A DNA stretch of 64,000 nucleotides from Octopus vulgaris (Eukaryota). The DNA is taken from contig OX597822.1 of the NCBI GenBank assembly GCA_951406725.2, forward strand, positions 8,556,001 through 8,620,000, given 5' to 3'. Positions 30,623 to 43,345 of this stretch are shown in pieces. Numbering within the stretch: the first letter of the stretch is position 1; the number at the start of each line of letters is the position of its first letter. The notes beneath the pieces were generated by a model. That model ran no database searches and was not told where the DNA came from. It was given only the letters and a program-made list of their open reading frames with translations. Both the position numbers and the translations under genes were made by a program.

Positions 30623-31677
30623 TGTGTATGTATATATATACATATATACTCGAGAGAGCTGTGGCAACAAGGAGGTGCGAATATAAAGGTATATAGATAT
30701 ATATAGGCAAGAATGGTTGTATGTAGATTCCATCCTACTGTGTAAAATGCATGCAAGCATGAGAGTGAATGTATTGCATGTTAGATATTTGTTTAGTAAT
30801 ATAGACTTCCATATATACATATATGTGTGTGAGTGCGTGCGTGCGTGCGTGTGTGCGTGGATATATGTACGTGTGTGTGTGTGCGTGTGCGCATGTATCC
30901 ACACACACACACACATATATATGGATGGAAGGAAGTAGATAAATAGATATGCTTACTTAGATTTATATAAATAAATATACAGACGTATGCACGTATACAT
31001 GCGTATATAGATATATCTTTGTACGTATATACAAGTGGAAAAGTTTGAAGAGAGCTAGTAAGAAATATGATGTGTGTTGACTCATGTTGGACAGAGATTA
31101 GATAAACATAAGTAATGCTATAGTAATCTAGATATTTCTTAATGGTTAACGTTATGACTTTGGTAATTACCAGTCTACAGTTTAGATTAAACTATCGAAG
31201 AATGCTTCGAAGCCATAAAACTATGCTATAAAACTGTCTTAACGGCACCGTTTGTAACAATCTATTGTAATATTGTGAAAACATTGGGATTATTACAGAA
31301 AGATTCTAATAAAAGGATTGTTGAATTATATATCTTCCTATACGCGACAGCTCCTCTTCTACTAAAAGAAAAAAAAATCTGTTATTTGTTTTTAAAACGA
31401 ATGTAAATGAGAATCAAAATGCTGGAAGCAAGTCAGTTTGATATGAATTAGAATGGCAACTGATATTTTGTTGAAAATATAGCGGCCATTTATACTAATC
31501 TCTTGAGTATAAAATAGCTTATATCATTTCATCATGAACTTCAATGAACACCGTTATATGTTGTATATATATTAAGGTGCGTGCGTGCGAATGTGAGTGT
31601 GTGTGTGAATGTCTGTAGATGTATATATATATATAAGTGTATGTGAATAAATATACATACATACATATATATTTGTG

Positions 31678-31723
<46 letters not shown>

Positions 31724-31808
31724 CACGTGTGTGTGTGTGTCTATGGATGTATTATACGAGTGAGCGTAAGCACGTCATATATACATATGCATGTATGTGT
31801 GTGTATGC

Positions 31809-31880
<72 letters not shown>

Positions 31881-31953
31881 CGCGTATGTGTGTACAGGCG
31901 CACACAGATAAATAGAGCGGTAGTTCGATAGATAGATAGATCGATAGAGAGAG

Positions 31954-32019
<66 letters not shown>

Positions 32020-32500
32020 GCAGAAGCATATACTGTCGCATTTAATATAGTATACATGTATATGTTTTCGGGTGTGTGTCTGAGTGTGTATGTGTGCGTG
32101 TGTGTGTGTGTGTGTGTGTGAAGGCATGTATGCATGATGTATAGTTAGAGCTTGAAAAGTTCTTAAGAGGTTCGCTTGTTTAATACCAGGTGTCAGGTTC
32201 AGTCCAACAGAAGGGCATCATTGTCAATACTGCTTAAATGTTTGTAAAGTTAAGAACACACATGACCCTGTCGTTTCTCATTTGTAATATACTCCTTCTA
32301 CTTGAGAGGAAATTGAGAACATATGCAGATATATCAGTCATGCGACACGCGAGACTCTGTATATGTCGATGCTTGGGAAGCTTGCATGCTGGCATAGAAT
32401 AGGGTGTATATCAGAGCATAAATGTGAAAGTACACGCAAGTTTAGAAATAATGTATACACCCACCCAAAACTACATGTCCTAGTTTGTGTGTGTATATAT

Positions 32501-32927
32501 ACTCTTTACTTTCTTTTACTCTTTTACTTGTTTCAGTCATTTGACTGCGGCCATGCTGGAGCACCGCCTTTAGTCGAGCAAATCGACCCCGGGGCTTATT
32601 CTTTGTAAGCCCAGTACTTATTATATCGGTCTCTATTGCCGAACCGCTAAGTGACGTGGACGTAAACGCACCAGCATCGGTTGTCAAACAATGAGAGGGG
32701 GACAAACACAAACACACAAACATATACACACACATGCATGTATATATATATATATACATATATACGACAGGCTTCTTTCAGTTTCCGTCTACCAAATCCA
32801 CTTACAATGCATTGGTCGGTCCGAGGCTATAGCAGAAGACACTTGCCCAAGATGCCACGCAGTGGGACTGAACTCGGAACCATGTTGTTTGTAAGCAAGC
32901 TACTTACCACACAGCCACTCCTGCGCC
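32501..32927 (-). mobile_element. SINE family A
   Basis: Reverse complement of the 4067-4495 family. Confidence 0.9.
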
Positions 32928-33200
32928 TGTGTGTGTGGTAATCCTGCTTATTTAAAATATATATATTTCAAATAAGCAGGATATGGAGGGAATTTTTGAT
33001 CAACAAACAACTTGACCAACATTAGTTAATTAATTTTTCATACAAAACAAAACATAACAGGTATATTTAAACCAAGGACAAGTTAAGACAGTTACAGGGG
33101 TAGATGTAAATAAAGAAGAAAAATAAACCAGTAAATAAAAAGGGGCGGGGGAGAGGACTATGTCATATGTATGTGTGTATGTGTATATATATATATATAT

Positions 33201-33545
33201 ATATAATATAATTCGAGACAAAACCACTACAAGGAAAGACTTTAAAACCAAACAAGGAAAGACTTAATCAATACATAAAATTTTAATATAATCAAATTTG
33301 ATACTGATTAGAAGATCGAAAATCCACCTGAAGATTGTCGGTAGCAGACATGAAACATTTGTAGTGGCGGTTTATTTAATTTATATTAAAATTTTATGTA
33401 TTGATTAAGTCTTTCCTTGTTTGGTTTTAAAATAGTGGTTTTGTCTCGAATTATATTATATAATATTTTACTATAAAATTGGATTTAACCCTAAATCTGA
33501 TTTTTCCCTGTAATTTTGGATTCATTCCCTAATATTTATTATTAT
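33201..33545 (+). mobile_element. PLE pseudo-LTR insertion in (TA)n with an inverted 5' arm
   Basis: Arms ~33201-33291 and ~33380-33461 are inverted and enclose an HHR. The 3' end (TTCCCTAATATTTATTAT) is shared with the element at 40490-40790. Confidence 0.8.
33324..33367 (+). ncRNA. Minimal type-I hammerhead ribozyme with intact core
   Basis: CCAC-CTGAAGA-T-TGTC-GGTAGCA-GACA-T-GAAA-C-ATTT-GTA-GTGG. Confidence 0.85.
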
Positions 33546-33736
33546 ATATATATACCGGTGTAAACACAGTTTTTTCCTGAATTTTATATATTTTTTATAT
33601 TTTATATTGAGCTCATTTTTGCTTGCACACGAGAATATGACCGTTATTTGAAAGGACCAATCAAACAAGTCCATTTTTAAAGGGGTAGCGTTTATACTAG
33701 TCTTGATAGAATTGGCATATCGGTTCTATTTTAACA

Positions 33737-33783
33737 AAAACTGTCCGACGAACGGGAACGTGAAACTCCGAGTAACAGGTTTT
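33737..33783 (+). ncRNA. Minimal hammerhead with a U4-to-C core variant
   Basis: AAAACTGT-CCGACGA-ACG-GGAA-CGT-GAAA-C-TCCGA-GTA-ACAGGTTTT. All three stems pair. Confidence 0.75.
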
Positions 33784-34036
33784 GTTGAATTCCTGCTGCA
33801 TTTAAATAAAATATATGTATATATGTATGTGTGTGTATATAAATTTAAAAATTAGGATAAAATCTTAATAAGAAATCTTAACAAGAAATTATCAGGTAGT
33901 TAGCGTGAAAAAACCTCATAAGAGAAAAAATCTGTAAATTATTTCACTTGAAAATATTTATCTATATTATATAGAGGGCATTATTACACATAAATTCCAC
34001 ACGCTAGGAGGAACTTTTAAAGTCATAACTACCAAA

Positions 34037-35115
34037 AATAAACGAATCGTACCGAATGCAGCTCTCGCAGCAAGACATCTGTTTTTAAACGTCTTGCTTC
34101 GAGAGCTGCATTCGGTACGATTCGTTTATTATCTCCGTTGTGTCATCTGTTAAGCCCCGGGCCTGGAGTAGTTGCTGTTGCTGCAGCTGTTACTGGAGCT
34201 GTTATTACGGAGTGTGGCTCTATCACTGTAGTTATTGTCGTTCTAGTAGTCATCCCTGGCCGTAGCGCGGGTGTTGCTGCTGCTTCTGTTGCCAATTGTG
34301 CCAATTGTCGCTGCTAATATTGGGCGTAGGATTGGTAGTTTCGTTAGTGTTGCTGGTCTTGGTGTCGCCCTCATCAGGCCGTAGGGTTGGTGCTGGTGCT
34401 GCGGTTGTTGCCGTCGGTGCTGGGGTTTGTGCCGTTGTTACGGTCGCCGTTACATCGATATTGTTAGATGAGCCATTGATGATATTACTAGGTAGCTAAG
34501 TCTGCGTAACAATACACCCTCAGCCTCACATTGCTCCCTCACGCACTGGGCAATCATTATACTCCCTCCATGAGCAACCGGCCTCTGAGTGGTTTTGCCC
34601 ATATTCTTTTCATGGTGGGAGCGAACTAACGGAGACCCCTAAGATTTGCCTATTGAACAAACGTCCGTACGTGTGTATCTGCATGAAATATTTGTGTACT
34701 AACCCGAAGAATATTCTTCCCACACAATCTTTGATCTTGAGTGAGAAGTGTGCGGCAAACCAAATGGCGTTCCGGCGCCGCTTCATTTTGTGCATGCTTG
34801 GGCTTGGCATATAGGAGATGGAGTGCTTAACTCCACTGGAAGTCAGGGCCACGTCGCAATATGGGGCCACGACAAGAAATATTTCTTGATTCGAAGATAG
34901 GTTCAAAATTCTATTACTGATAACCTTCACTACTTGAACACGATAGGTGGCTGGTAGGAGGCTGTGTTGATGTAGGATAGCCTCTCATTCGCTTTGCGAT
35001 AGGGTTTTATGGAAAGGAGACCATGTCTAGAGTGACATCTAAGAAGATTAAGATGGTAAAGCTGGCCTCAGTAGTTATTTCGAGTCCAATGGAGCATAGA
35101 ACGGTAATCAGATCT
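34037..35115 (-). mobile_element. Penelope-like element fragment (RT thumb to linker) ending in a 94-bp palindrome (34037-34130)
   Basis: FLDVTLD, KPYRKANERLSYINTAS, ISNRILNLSS and RRRNAIWFAAHFSLKIKDCVGRIFFGLVHKYF...LFNRQ (IIWFNPPF-type motif), followed by a Thr/Ala/Asn-rich linker. Confidence 0.85.
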
Positions 35116-35237
35116 TCCATTTATAGAAATTCCAAAACATATATATACACATAAAAAACGTTCTCCGTCACACACACAAACTCCACATTTAGCTTCTCTC
35201 CTCCTCTATCTCGCTTGCTCTACTTCTCCCCTCTCAC

Positions 35238-35278
<41 letters not shown>

Positions 35279-35361
35279 AGAGAGAGAGAGAGAGAGATAT
35301 ATAGGTACATACATAAAAACATGTATATACGGACATATATATATGTGTGTGTATATATATA

Positions 35362-35404
<43 letters not shown>

Positions 35405-35586
35405 TCATGCATGTATACATAATGTTCAATTATAGTTTAACCCAAGAATGGGACTGTGCCTCATGGCTCGATTTCGCTTCGCTGCCAATTATAATAAATG
35501 TAGCGACATCGATATAGATACAGAGAGAAACATACTTATGGATGTATATATATATATATACATATACATATACATATAATATATAT

Positions 35587-35648
<62 letters not shown>

Positions 35649-35652
35649 TACT

Positions 35653-35749
<97 letters not shown>

Positions 35750-36428
35750 TAAATAGGTGTATCTGCAGATATTTTAACTCAGAGAGACGGCATTTAACCA
35801 TTATGAATGCATAATGGATTTACAGTTTTTTTTGGGGTGTTGTATGTATCTTAATATCTTAATATAGCAGAAAAGAATGAGCACTATATGCTTCACATAT
35901 GGGAGGCATTTACGCTAGATAATGCAGATGCTGCTTCGTAATCTTCTGGAGGGGGAATTTGACTATGGGTGAGTCTGTCAGGTAATTTATTTGAATACGT
36001 ACGCATTTCGAGCCACTACATCGTCGATGAATATATACTTTCATATGTGTGTGTATGAGTGGGTGGGTAACGTAACTTGAGTATATCTTTGGAAATAGTC
36101 TATCGTTTATGTATGGCATATAGTTTTACTTATGCCATGTTAAAATACAAATACGTGTGCTATACATCTCTTTTTCTGAATGCAAATATATTTATGTATA
36201 CATTATAATAAATGCTTTGGTTTGTAGCTATAGAATTTTCTATAATTTTCCACTATTAATAAAGAAGCATTACCCTACTTTATAACAGAATATTATCAAT
36301 ACAAAAGAAAATACATCGAAATAAATATTTTATATTTCCTTAGGTTATTTTCCTTTTTAATGACCGTTTATCTCAAACATTTTGCAGCTTTCTTTAGAAA
36401 GATGTATCTCATTTTTGTAAATACAGAA

Positions 36429-36517
<89 letters not shown>

Positions 36518-37030
36518 TATACGTATTGTTATTTTGCTTGTGCAGATTTTTTAGCATGTCAATTACTGCTTCATGAAAACAGATGCAAAACCTATGGTAT
36601 CACTAGCTACTTTACACCCAATATAATTGGTATTGTGAAGCTCATCATTTAAATTAACGTATGAGTATAATGCTTGTACAAAAATATATAAAAAAGAATG
36701 CGCAGTGCGCAGATGAAGTTTAAGATATAATAATACACGCTATGTAAGAGTGATTTAGAATATGTTATACCCATTTTACAATTCGAGTGTTTTAGAGCAT
36801 AGATATAATGTACATATCATCTGGTGTACTAAATGAGTTGTACAAGCATTATAGACCCTATACTTAATATATCTGTATTGCTTAAATTTGTGTGAGGCAG
36901 TTCAATTTGCAAATCATATCAAGATCTATAAGTTATTAAACCTGAGACCCTGAAATATGTAATTGATCTAGGATTATGTTTGACACTAAATTATATACCA
37001 TCCTGGTATTCTATTATTTATCAAAAACTT

Positions 37031-37247
37031 TCGAGAGGGTACTGAAAATTTCCTGGCTTTCAAGTTATCACGAAAGCCCTAATTTGGGTCCCAAACTTAC
37101 GAATTGTTTTACAGTGCTTGGAAAAACTGAAGGACCGCTGCCATATGTGTGTGAATCTCAGAATGGAATATGTTCAATAAAATCATAATTAATTGATCCG
37201 TCTGTATTTTCTTTTACCAAAGGCAGGAACCTTCAGCAACGCCTCGA
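37031..37247. mobile_element. Mariner-type MITE
   Basis: TIRs CGAGAGGGTACTGAAAATTTCCTG / CAGGAACCTTCAGCAACGCCTCG. Related to 45784-46006 and to a half copy at ~40795-40857. Confidence 0.75.
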
Positions 37248-37603
37248 ATCATTTCTAATATTGAGGATTCACATCTCACTAAGTATTTTCTAGTAACCAT
37301 TACAATGCCCTCATTTTTCTTTTTCTAGTAATTCGACTAATTGCAGCAGTTTTCATTAATTTCTAATGTTAATAATGTTGGCATATATGATGTTATGATA
37401 ATAAATGTCGTTGTGGGATGCATATTTTTGGAATTACATTATTTTATTTACGATATACGTGTGTACAGACATTGGGCAAAAGCGACAATAATACCTTTAG
37501 CATTAAACTTTTGTGGCGTTTTGTAATAAGCTTTGTAATGTTTTATAGTGAGTCAGTTATATAATTACAAGTCATTTTTTCAGCCTAACTCAGCCTCTTC
37601 AGC

Positions 37604-37635
<32 letters not shown>

Positions 37636-37775
37636 TACAGAGATGTACCTGCATGGCGAGTGACCTGATCTGAGATCGTGTGCTGGAACAAAAACAATTG
37701 CAGCGTGGAAGGTGTTTATAAGCCATTTAAGAAACACACAAAAGCCGTTCGATTCACTTAAACATTTGAATTTGA

Positions 37776-37826
37776 TTTGTCAAAATATTTTCGTCGCTTT
37801 GAGACCGCGACCTGTTCACTGACAAA
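37776..37826 (-). ncRNA. Minimal hammerhead with a compensatory G3-C8 core
   Basis: TTTGTCA-GTGAACA-G-GTCGC-GGTCTCAAA-GCGAC-GAAA-ATAT-TT-TGACAAA, giving a 7-bp stem I, a 5-bp stem II and a palindromic AATATT stem III. Confidence 0.8.
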
Positions 37827-38033
37827 GCTTCGTGTTGCACGAATATATATATTACGGAGATGTACTTGCATAGCGAGTGACTTGATCTGAGATCGTGTGC
37901 TGGAACAAAAACAATTGCAGCGTGGAAGGTGTTTATAAGCCATTTAAGAAACACACAAAAGCCGTTCGATTCACTTCAACATTTGAATTTGATTTGTCAA
38001 AATATTTTCGTCGCTTTGAGACCGTGACCTGTT

Positions 38034-38085
38034 TTTGTCAGTGAACAGGTCGCGGTCTCAAAGCGACGAAAATATTTTTGACAAA
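38034..38085 (+). ncRNA. Second complete G3-C8 hammerhead copy (inverted, one extra T near the cleavage site)
   Basis: TTTGTCA-GTGAACA-G-GTCGC...GCGAC-GAAA-ATAT-TTT-TGACAAA. Confidence 0.75.
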
Positions 38086-38494
38086 TTAAATTTAAATGTT
38101 GAAGTGAATTTAAATGTGTAAGTATACATTAATTCACATATTTGTTTTCTTGTGATTTGCCTTGCATTTACTTCGCATTGTTTTGGCCTTACCCATGAAC
38201 CTTTATACATTATACTCTACAAAACGCTTCATAGTAATTATTCTGATTTTAATCACCTTATTTTGAAATTGTATGGATAATACCGTACTAAATCCTGGTG
38301 CCTCAACGTAAGTACAATATCCATTTAAATCTAAATTTTTGCTGAGCTCATCTACCATTTCTTTCTTACTCTCTTTCTCTCTCCTTTCTTATTCTCTTTC
38401 GTCTCTCCTACTCTTTCATCCTCTCTTTCTCTCTTCTCTCCTCCTCTCTCTCCTCACATAAACCACCTTCCCCTCTCCCCATAAACCCACCCCT

Positions 38495-38540
<46 letters not shown>

Positions 38541-38559
38541 TAGATAGATAGATAGATAT

Positions 38560-38629
<70 letters not shown>

Positions 38630-38902
38630 TGATAGATATACAGAGACAAAGAGAGGGAGGGGAGGAGAGAATTAGAAAGAGAGAGAGTATTAAAGAGAGA
38701 GAGATGGAGAGAGATGTGAGATTCTGGGAAAATCCTTGTCGAATACTGTGTAATTCTTTCCACACTTATTTGGTACATGGTGCCATTAAGCAGTACAGTT
38801 GCATTTGCTATCGATCTACATCAGGAAGTCTATATTGTCTGTAAAGTTAATATAAACAGATCTGAGACAGAAAATGTAATTCCCGAGATTCTTTATTCAA
38901 AT

Positions 38903-39007
38903 CCACTACAGTTATTTCGTCTCATTCAAGCAATTGTAGTCCATAGGTGAGATGCTATGCATTGAATTGACTTGGATCATAGGGGTAGAATGCGTCTCCT
39001 CAGGCGA
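38903..39007 (-). ncRNA. Degenerate hammerhead
   Basis: TCGC-CTGAGGA-GACGCATTC...GAATGAGAC-GAAA-TAACT-GTA-GTGG. The core is intact, but stems carry mismatches and wobbles. Confidence 0.55.
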
Positions 39008-39739
39008 CATTTTAAACAAGTTCCTCGCTATATCTTCTGCCATTTCACTTTGTTTTGTAATATATAGTTAGAGAGATGTAGCATTCTAGCAGCTCTCAGA
39101 CGTAAATAAACATAGAATATTTGAAAGACGAGATACACTTACAGTCAAAAGCAAAGCGCACTCATAAAATATACTTAGATAGATAAAGAATAAATATAGT
39201 TAAATCATATATACATGAAATCAAAGATACAGATGTAAATATTTGTACAAATGAGATATACTAAAGGAGTTTTTTAGTTATTAATTTCTATTATAAGGAT
39301 AATGAAGAATAAAAATTTTAATTAACAAGGAAAAAATAGAAAGAAAAACAATGTCGAGGATCTCTAAGCCTTCCTTTATAAACCTGACAACCTTCTTTTC
39401 AGACAACAAGATGTATATCCTGTCTTATGACTATTTTTTATCTTCAATTAGACAAATTATAACCGTCCAGCTTCAAGGAAACGGTAAGAAACAATGCGCT
39501 ACTGTTGACGCTAATCCACTTCCCACTTGGTATGTCTGTGTATGCATATATATGTATATATATATCTACATATTTATATATATATATATGTGTGTGTGTG
39601 TATGATTGTATATCTCTCTATATATATATCTGTGTGTGTGTGCGTGTGTGTATACACGCGCATGCAAAAACATACGCATGCGTACCCAGTTTCTTTATAT
39701 GTGCTTCTACAATCTTAAATTAGATTTTATTTTATAAAC

Positions 39740-39931
39740 ATCTCTAGGGTTAAGGTAGTTAGTTAACTAAAAAAAATAGCTTTGTTAATCTTTATTTCAG
39801 TAAACTTTTGTGTGTTCCTGAAACGTATTTATTGATCTCTAGGGTTAAGGTAGTTAGTTAACTAAAAAAAAATAGCTTTGTTAATCTTTATTTCAGTAAA
39901 CTTTTGTGTGTTCCTGAAACGTATTTATTGA
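39740..39931. repeat. Near-perfect 95-bp tandem duplication
   Basis: ATCTCTAGGGTTAAGG...CGTATTTATTG occurs twice and differs only in A-run length. Confidence 0.95.
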
Positions 39932-40419
39932 TTATGGTAAGAAGATGCTACATATATTTTTCCTTAAGTAAGATGTATTGCGACATGTTAATGTTTTGAG
40001 AATAACATTTTGTAAATGTCATTTATAATAGCAATAGAAAAAAAGAGGAATCGTAGTTCGTAAATATATAACGAGTGTTATATAAAAACAATTAGACAAA
40101 AGTAAGACAGATAACGAATTAAAAACTGGTTTAGAAAAACAAAGAAATATTTGAAACACATTAACGTAGAAAAAGTTACAGAAAAAAGATTAGCGAAAGT
40201 GTAGAAAAGTATGTTTAAAAAGAACACTTGAGAGAAGGCAGTAGGGGAAATGAACAAAATATATTAGCATGAAATATAAAGAGGGAATCTAAGGAATACA
40301 AAGGAGAGATAAAAGCATAGTAAAAAGATTAGAACACTCGAAATATAGCATAACGATGCAAAAATGGTCTATTCTAATTGAGTGGAAAATACGAATGAAA
40401 GTAGAATATAGAGAAGTGA

Positions 40420-40451
<32 letters not shown>

Positions 40452-40489
40452 ATATATGTATGTATGTGTATATATATGTGTGTATGTAT

Positions 40490-40790
40490 GATAATAAATA
40501 TTAGGGAATAAATCCAATTTTATAGTAAAATGTTATATTATATTAAATTAGAGATAAAACCACTATTAGGCAAATCATACAATGAAAAACTTAAGCCAAT
40601 ACATAAGATTATTTAATTTATATTATTTAAATATATAACAAAATTATAAAAAAATATAATTAATATAACACTACGATCGTTTCATGGCTGTTAATTTCTT
40701 TAAATTTTTGAGTTACAGTCATTCATCAGGTGGTTTAAATATTTAACTTGGCGGTGTTTAATCAATGAATTGATTAAACACATATTAACA
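40490..40790 (-). mobile_element. PLE pseudo-LTR fragment related to 33201-33545
   Basis: Shares ATAATAAATATTAGGGAAT...AAAACCACTA...CAATACATAA and carries an HHR. Confidence 0.75.
40667..40736 (-). ncRNA. Minimal type-I hammerhead ribozyme with intact core
   Basis: ACCAC-CTGATGA-ATGACTGT...ACAGCCAT-GAAA-CGATCG-TA-GTGTT, with a palindromic stem III. Confidence 0.85.
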
Positions 40791-41182
40791 CAGACGAGTA
40801 AACATACTTTATTGTAAGCTTTACTCAAAGTCAGGAACTTTTCAGCACCCCTCGTATCATTTATAATGTTGTCGATTCACATCTCGCACGCTAGTTTTGT
40901 AAATATTAGACAGGTGAGACAACTCGCCGTAGATTGAATTCAAGAGTGATTTCACAATTTTTGTGGCTTATCAACAGTGCGTACCTCAATCGAAACGGGA
41001 ATGAATCGAATCGCCAGTCTCTGATTATATATGAATATTGTAAAAACTATTTCCTGATATGTCACGGCTATGCATACGTAAGATAAAATTCAATAATGAA
41101 TTAAAAGCTGCGCACACACTCAATCTATATCTTCTTTTGTGTAGACTTGTGTGTACCTTGTTCACTATTATAAGTATGTATG

Positions 41183-41565
41183 TGGAGGCGCAATGGCCCA
41201 GTGGTTAGGGCAACGGACTCGCGGTCATAGGATCGCGGTTTCGATTCCCAGACCGGGCGTTGTGAGTGTTTATTGAGCGAAAACACCTAAAGCTCCACGA
41301 AGCTCCGGCAGGGGATGGTGGTGATCCCTGGTGTACTTTTTCACCACAACTTTCTCTCACTCTTACTTCCTGTTTCTGTTGTACCTGTATTTCAAAGGGC
41401 CGGCCTTGTCACTCTCTGTGTCACGCTGAATATCCCCGAAAACTACGTTAAGGGTACACGTGTCTGTGGAGTGCTTAGCCACTTACACGTTAATTTCACG
41501 AGCAGGCTGTTCCGTTGATTCGGATCAACCGGAACCCTCGTCGTCGTAACCGACGGAGTGCTTCC
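41183..41565 (+). mobile_element. tRNA-derived SINE, family C, with a target-site duplication
   Basis: Head TGGCCCAGTGGTTAGGG...GTTTCGATTCCC. TAAGTATGT flanks both ends (41171-41179 and 41566-41574). Confidence 0.85.
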
Positions 41566-42564
41566 TAAGTATGTGTACGTGTGTGCGTATATTTATATCA
41601 AAGTCCAGTTATCATTTGGGTATGAATGTGCGTACAGGTAGCTACTCATGTACGTATGCCTTCATCTGCATATATACCCTTTTTTATGAGAGTCACTTCC
41701 GTTTTCTGTAAATGACGTATGTGTATGGATGTGTACTGTTGGTTTATTATTTTCGTCTTTTGTTTTTATCGTGCAGACATTGTTGCGTTCTTTTGTCAAG
41801 AAGCTTCCTTTCTAACCGGCTGATTACACTTTCAGTTTTGTTGCCTACTGTCTTGGGCAGCTGTCTTTTGCTGTAGCCTTCGAGGTGGTTCAATAACATG
41901 GCCGGAGTCATATGACTGAAAACTAATAAAATACAGCAGATACTTTCAAGTGGAAGAAAGGCCATCCGCTTTGTGGTTTTCAATGGTGAGATTACTTTGA
42001 GTTTTTGTTAGAAACAAGGGCTTAGACTCAAAATGACATGAAACGTTTCATCGTAATAATTAGTAGATTTGTGCAAAATCTTAGAACACATATTCAGGTA
42101 CACAAAATTTGAAATATGTGAAATAAGAAGCTTCCTTTTCAAGCATGTGGTCTTTGGTTCAGTCTGATTGCACTCTGTAACAAATGATAATGTATTCACC
42201 TCTCACATATGATTTATGTGATTTATATATAAATGCACAGAGAGAAGGAGGAAGAAAAAGTGAAAGACGGGAAGAAAGGAGAGATAGACAAACAATGCGA
42301 CAGATATAACTATCTATCTATCTGTCTCTATGTGAGTGTGTGTCTGTGTGTGTATGTTTTTATTTAATAAAAGTATGAGCTGCTGATAGTTTCATGAAAT
42401 AAGGGCATAACAAATAACATTTCTTAACACGTCTGGTGTCTTAGGGAAATCTCCGGGCAATGCCTGAATATCTATTTTCACCAGACAGAGTTCTTTTTTG
42501 ATGATCTTACCAGCACAGAGCAGTACATTACATGTGTGTGTGAGGGAGGGCAATACGTGACTAT

Positions 42565-42642
<78 letters not shown>

Positions 42643-43251
42643 ATATATGAATAAATGCATGTATGTATAGATAGAGAGATAATTAGAGAGATAGGTACAT
42701 ATGTGCCTACATACATACATGTGCAAATTTGTGTGTGTGTGTTTTCTCCACCATCACATGACAAGTGCTTTTGGAATATTGCGTCTCTCTAACGTAGTGA
42801 TTGGGAAAAGCCATATAACATTTACCAGGCTTAAATTTGCATTAGTTCTGGGTTAGATTCTTTCAATTAAACCTAAAATTGTGCTGAATACCATAGTGCC
42901 ATAAATTAAACAAATAAAAGGTGTAAAATAAACGATATACACAAACACGTATCCGCCACTATTTATGCTTGTGTGACTATGAATTGTATTATTTGATTTT
43001 ACGAAGACATACGAAACGTTGGCTAACGGATGAAGACAATTGAAAAGGATATGGTACCACAATTCTCTGTAATTCAAACAAGCCTTCCATTCTTCTCCTT
43101 AATCCTCTCTTCCATTTTCTCCACATCTTCCGTGACTCCCACTATTTCGTTCTCCTCAGTCTGTATCTCATGTGTTCAACGATGAAACTATTTCATGAAA
43201 ATACTAAATATCCATGACAAAGAAATTACGTATTTGTAAATGTATAAATTG

Positions 43252-43345
43252 TTCAGAAGTGGAATAAATTGCTTCGCCTCGAGGAAGGTGAAAATACTAA
43301 TCTGTTTCTTTTCCTCAGAGCAAACTAATTTATTCCAATTCTGAA
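43252..43345. repeat. Imperfect ~94-bp palindrome
   Basis: TTCAGAAGTGGAATAAATT mirrors AATTTATTCCAATTCTGAA. Confidence 0.75.

Larger units (their letters stand above)
37635..38109 (-). mobile_element. 217-bp tandem unit (about 1.85 copies) plus an inverted terminal copy, HHR-bearing, in (TA)n: retrozyme-like or PLE pseudo-LTR
   Basis: Units start at 37635 and 37852. The second unit breaks at 38033 and continues as an inverted copy at 38034-38109. Confidence 0.9.

Noticed and set aside
34130-34500. GC-richer Thr/Ala/Pro-rich stretch as a mucin-like host exon
   Set aside because: It is contiguous with PLE RT-thumb sequence and is best read as the element's low-complexity linker.
37635-38109. 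CRISPR-like repeat array (also considered for 39740-39931 and 59505-59749)
   Set aside because: These are whole-unit duplications without unique spacers, in eukaryotic DNA with no cas genes.
41183-41260. tRNA gene, and similar heads at 4067, 6359, 10684 and 20341
   Set aside because: The A/B boxes continue into SINE bodies or remnants, and no complete cloverleaf with an acceptor stem folds.
43125-43170. Minus-strand CTGAGGA-GAAC-GAAA hammerhead-like string
   Set aside because: Stem II cannot form and stem I does not pair.
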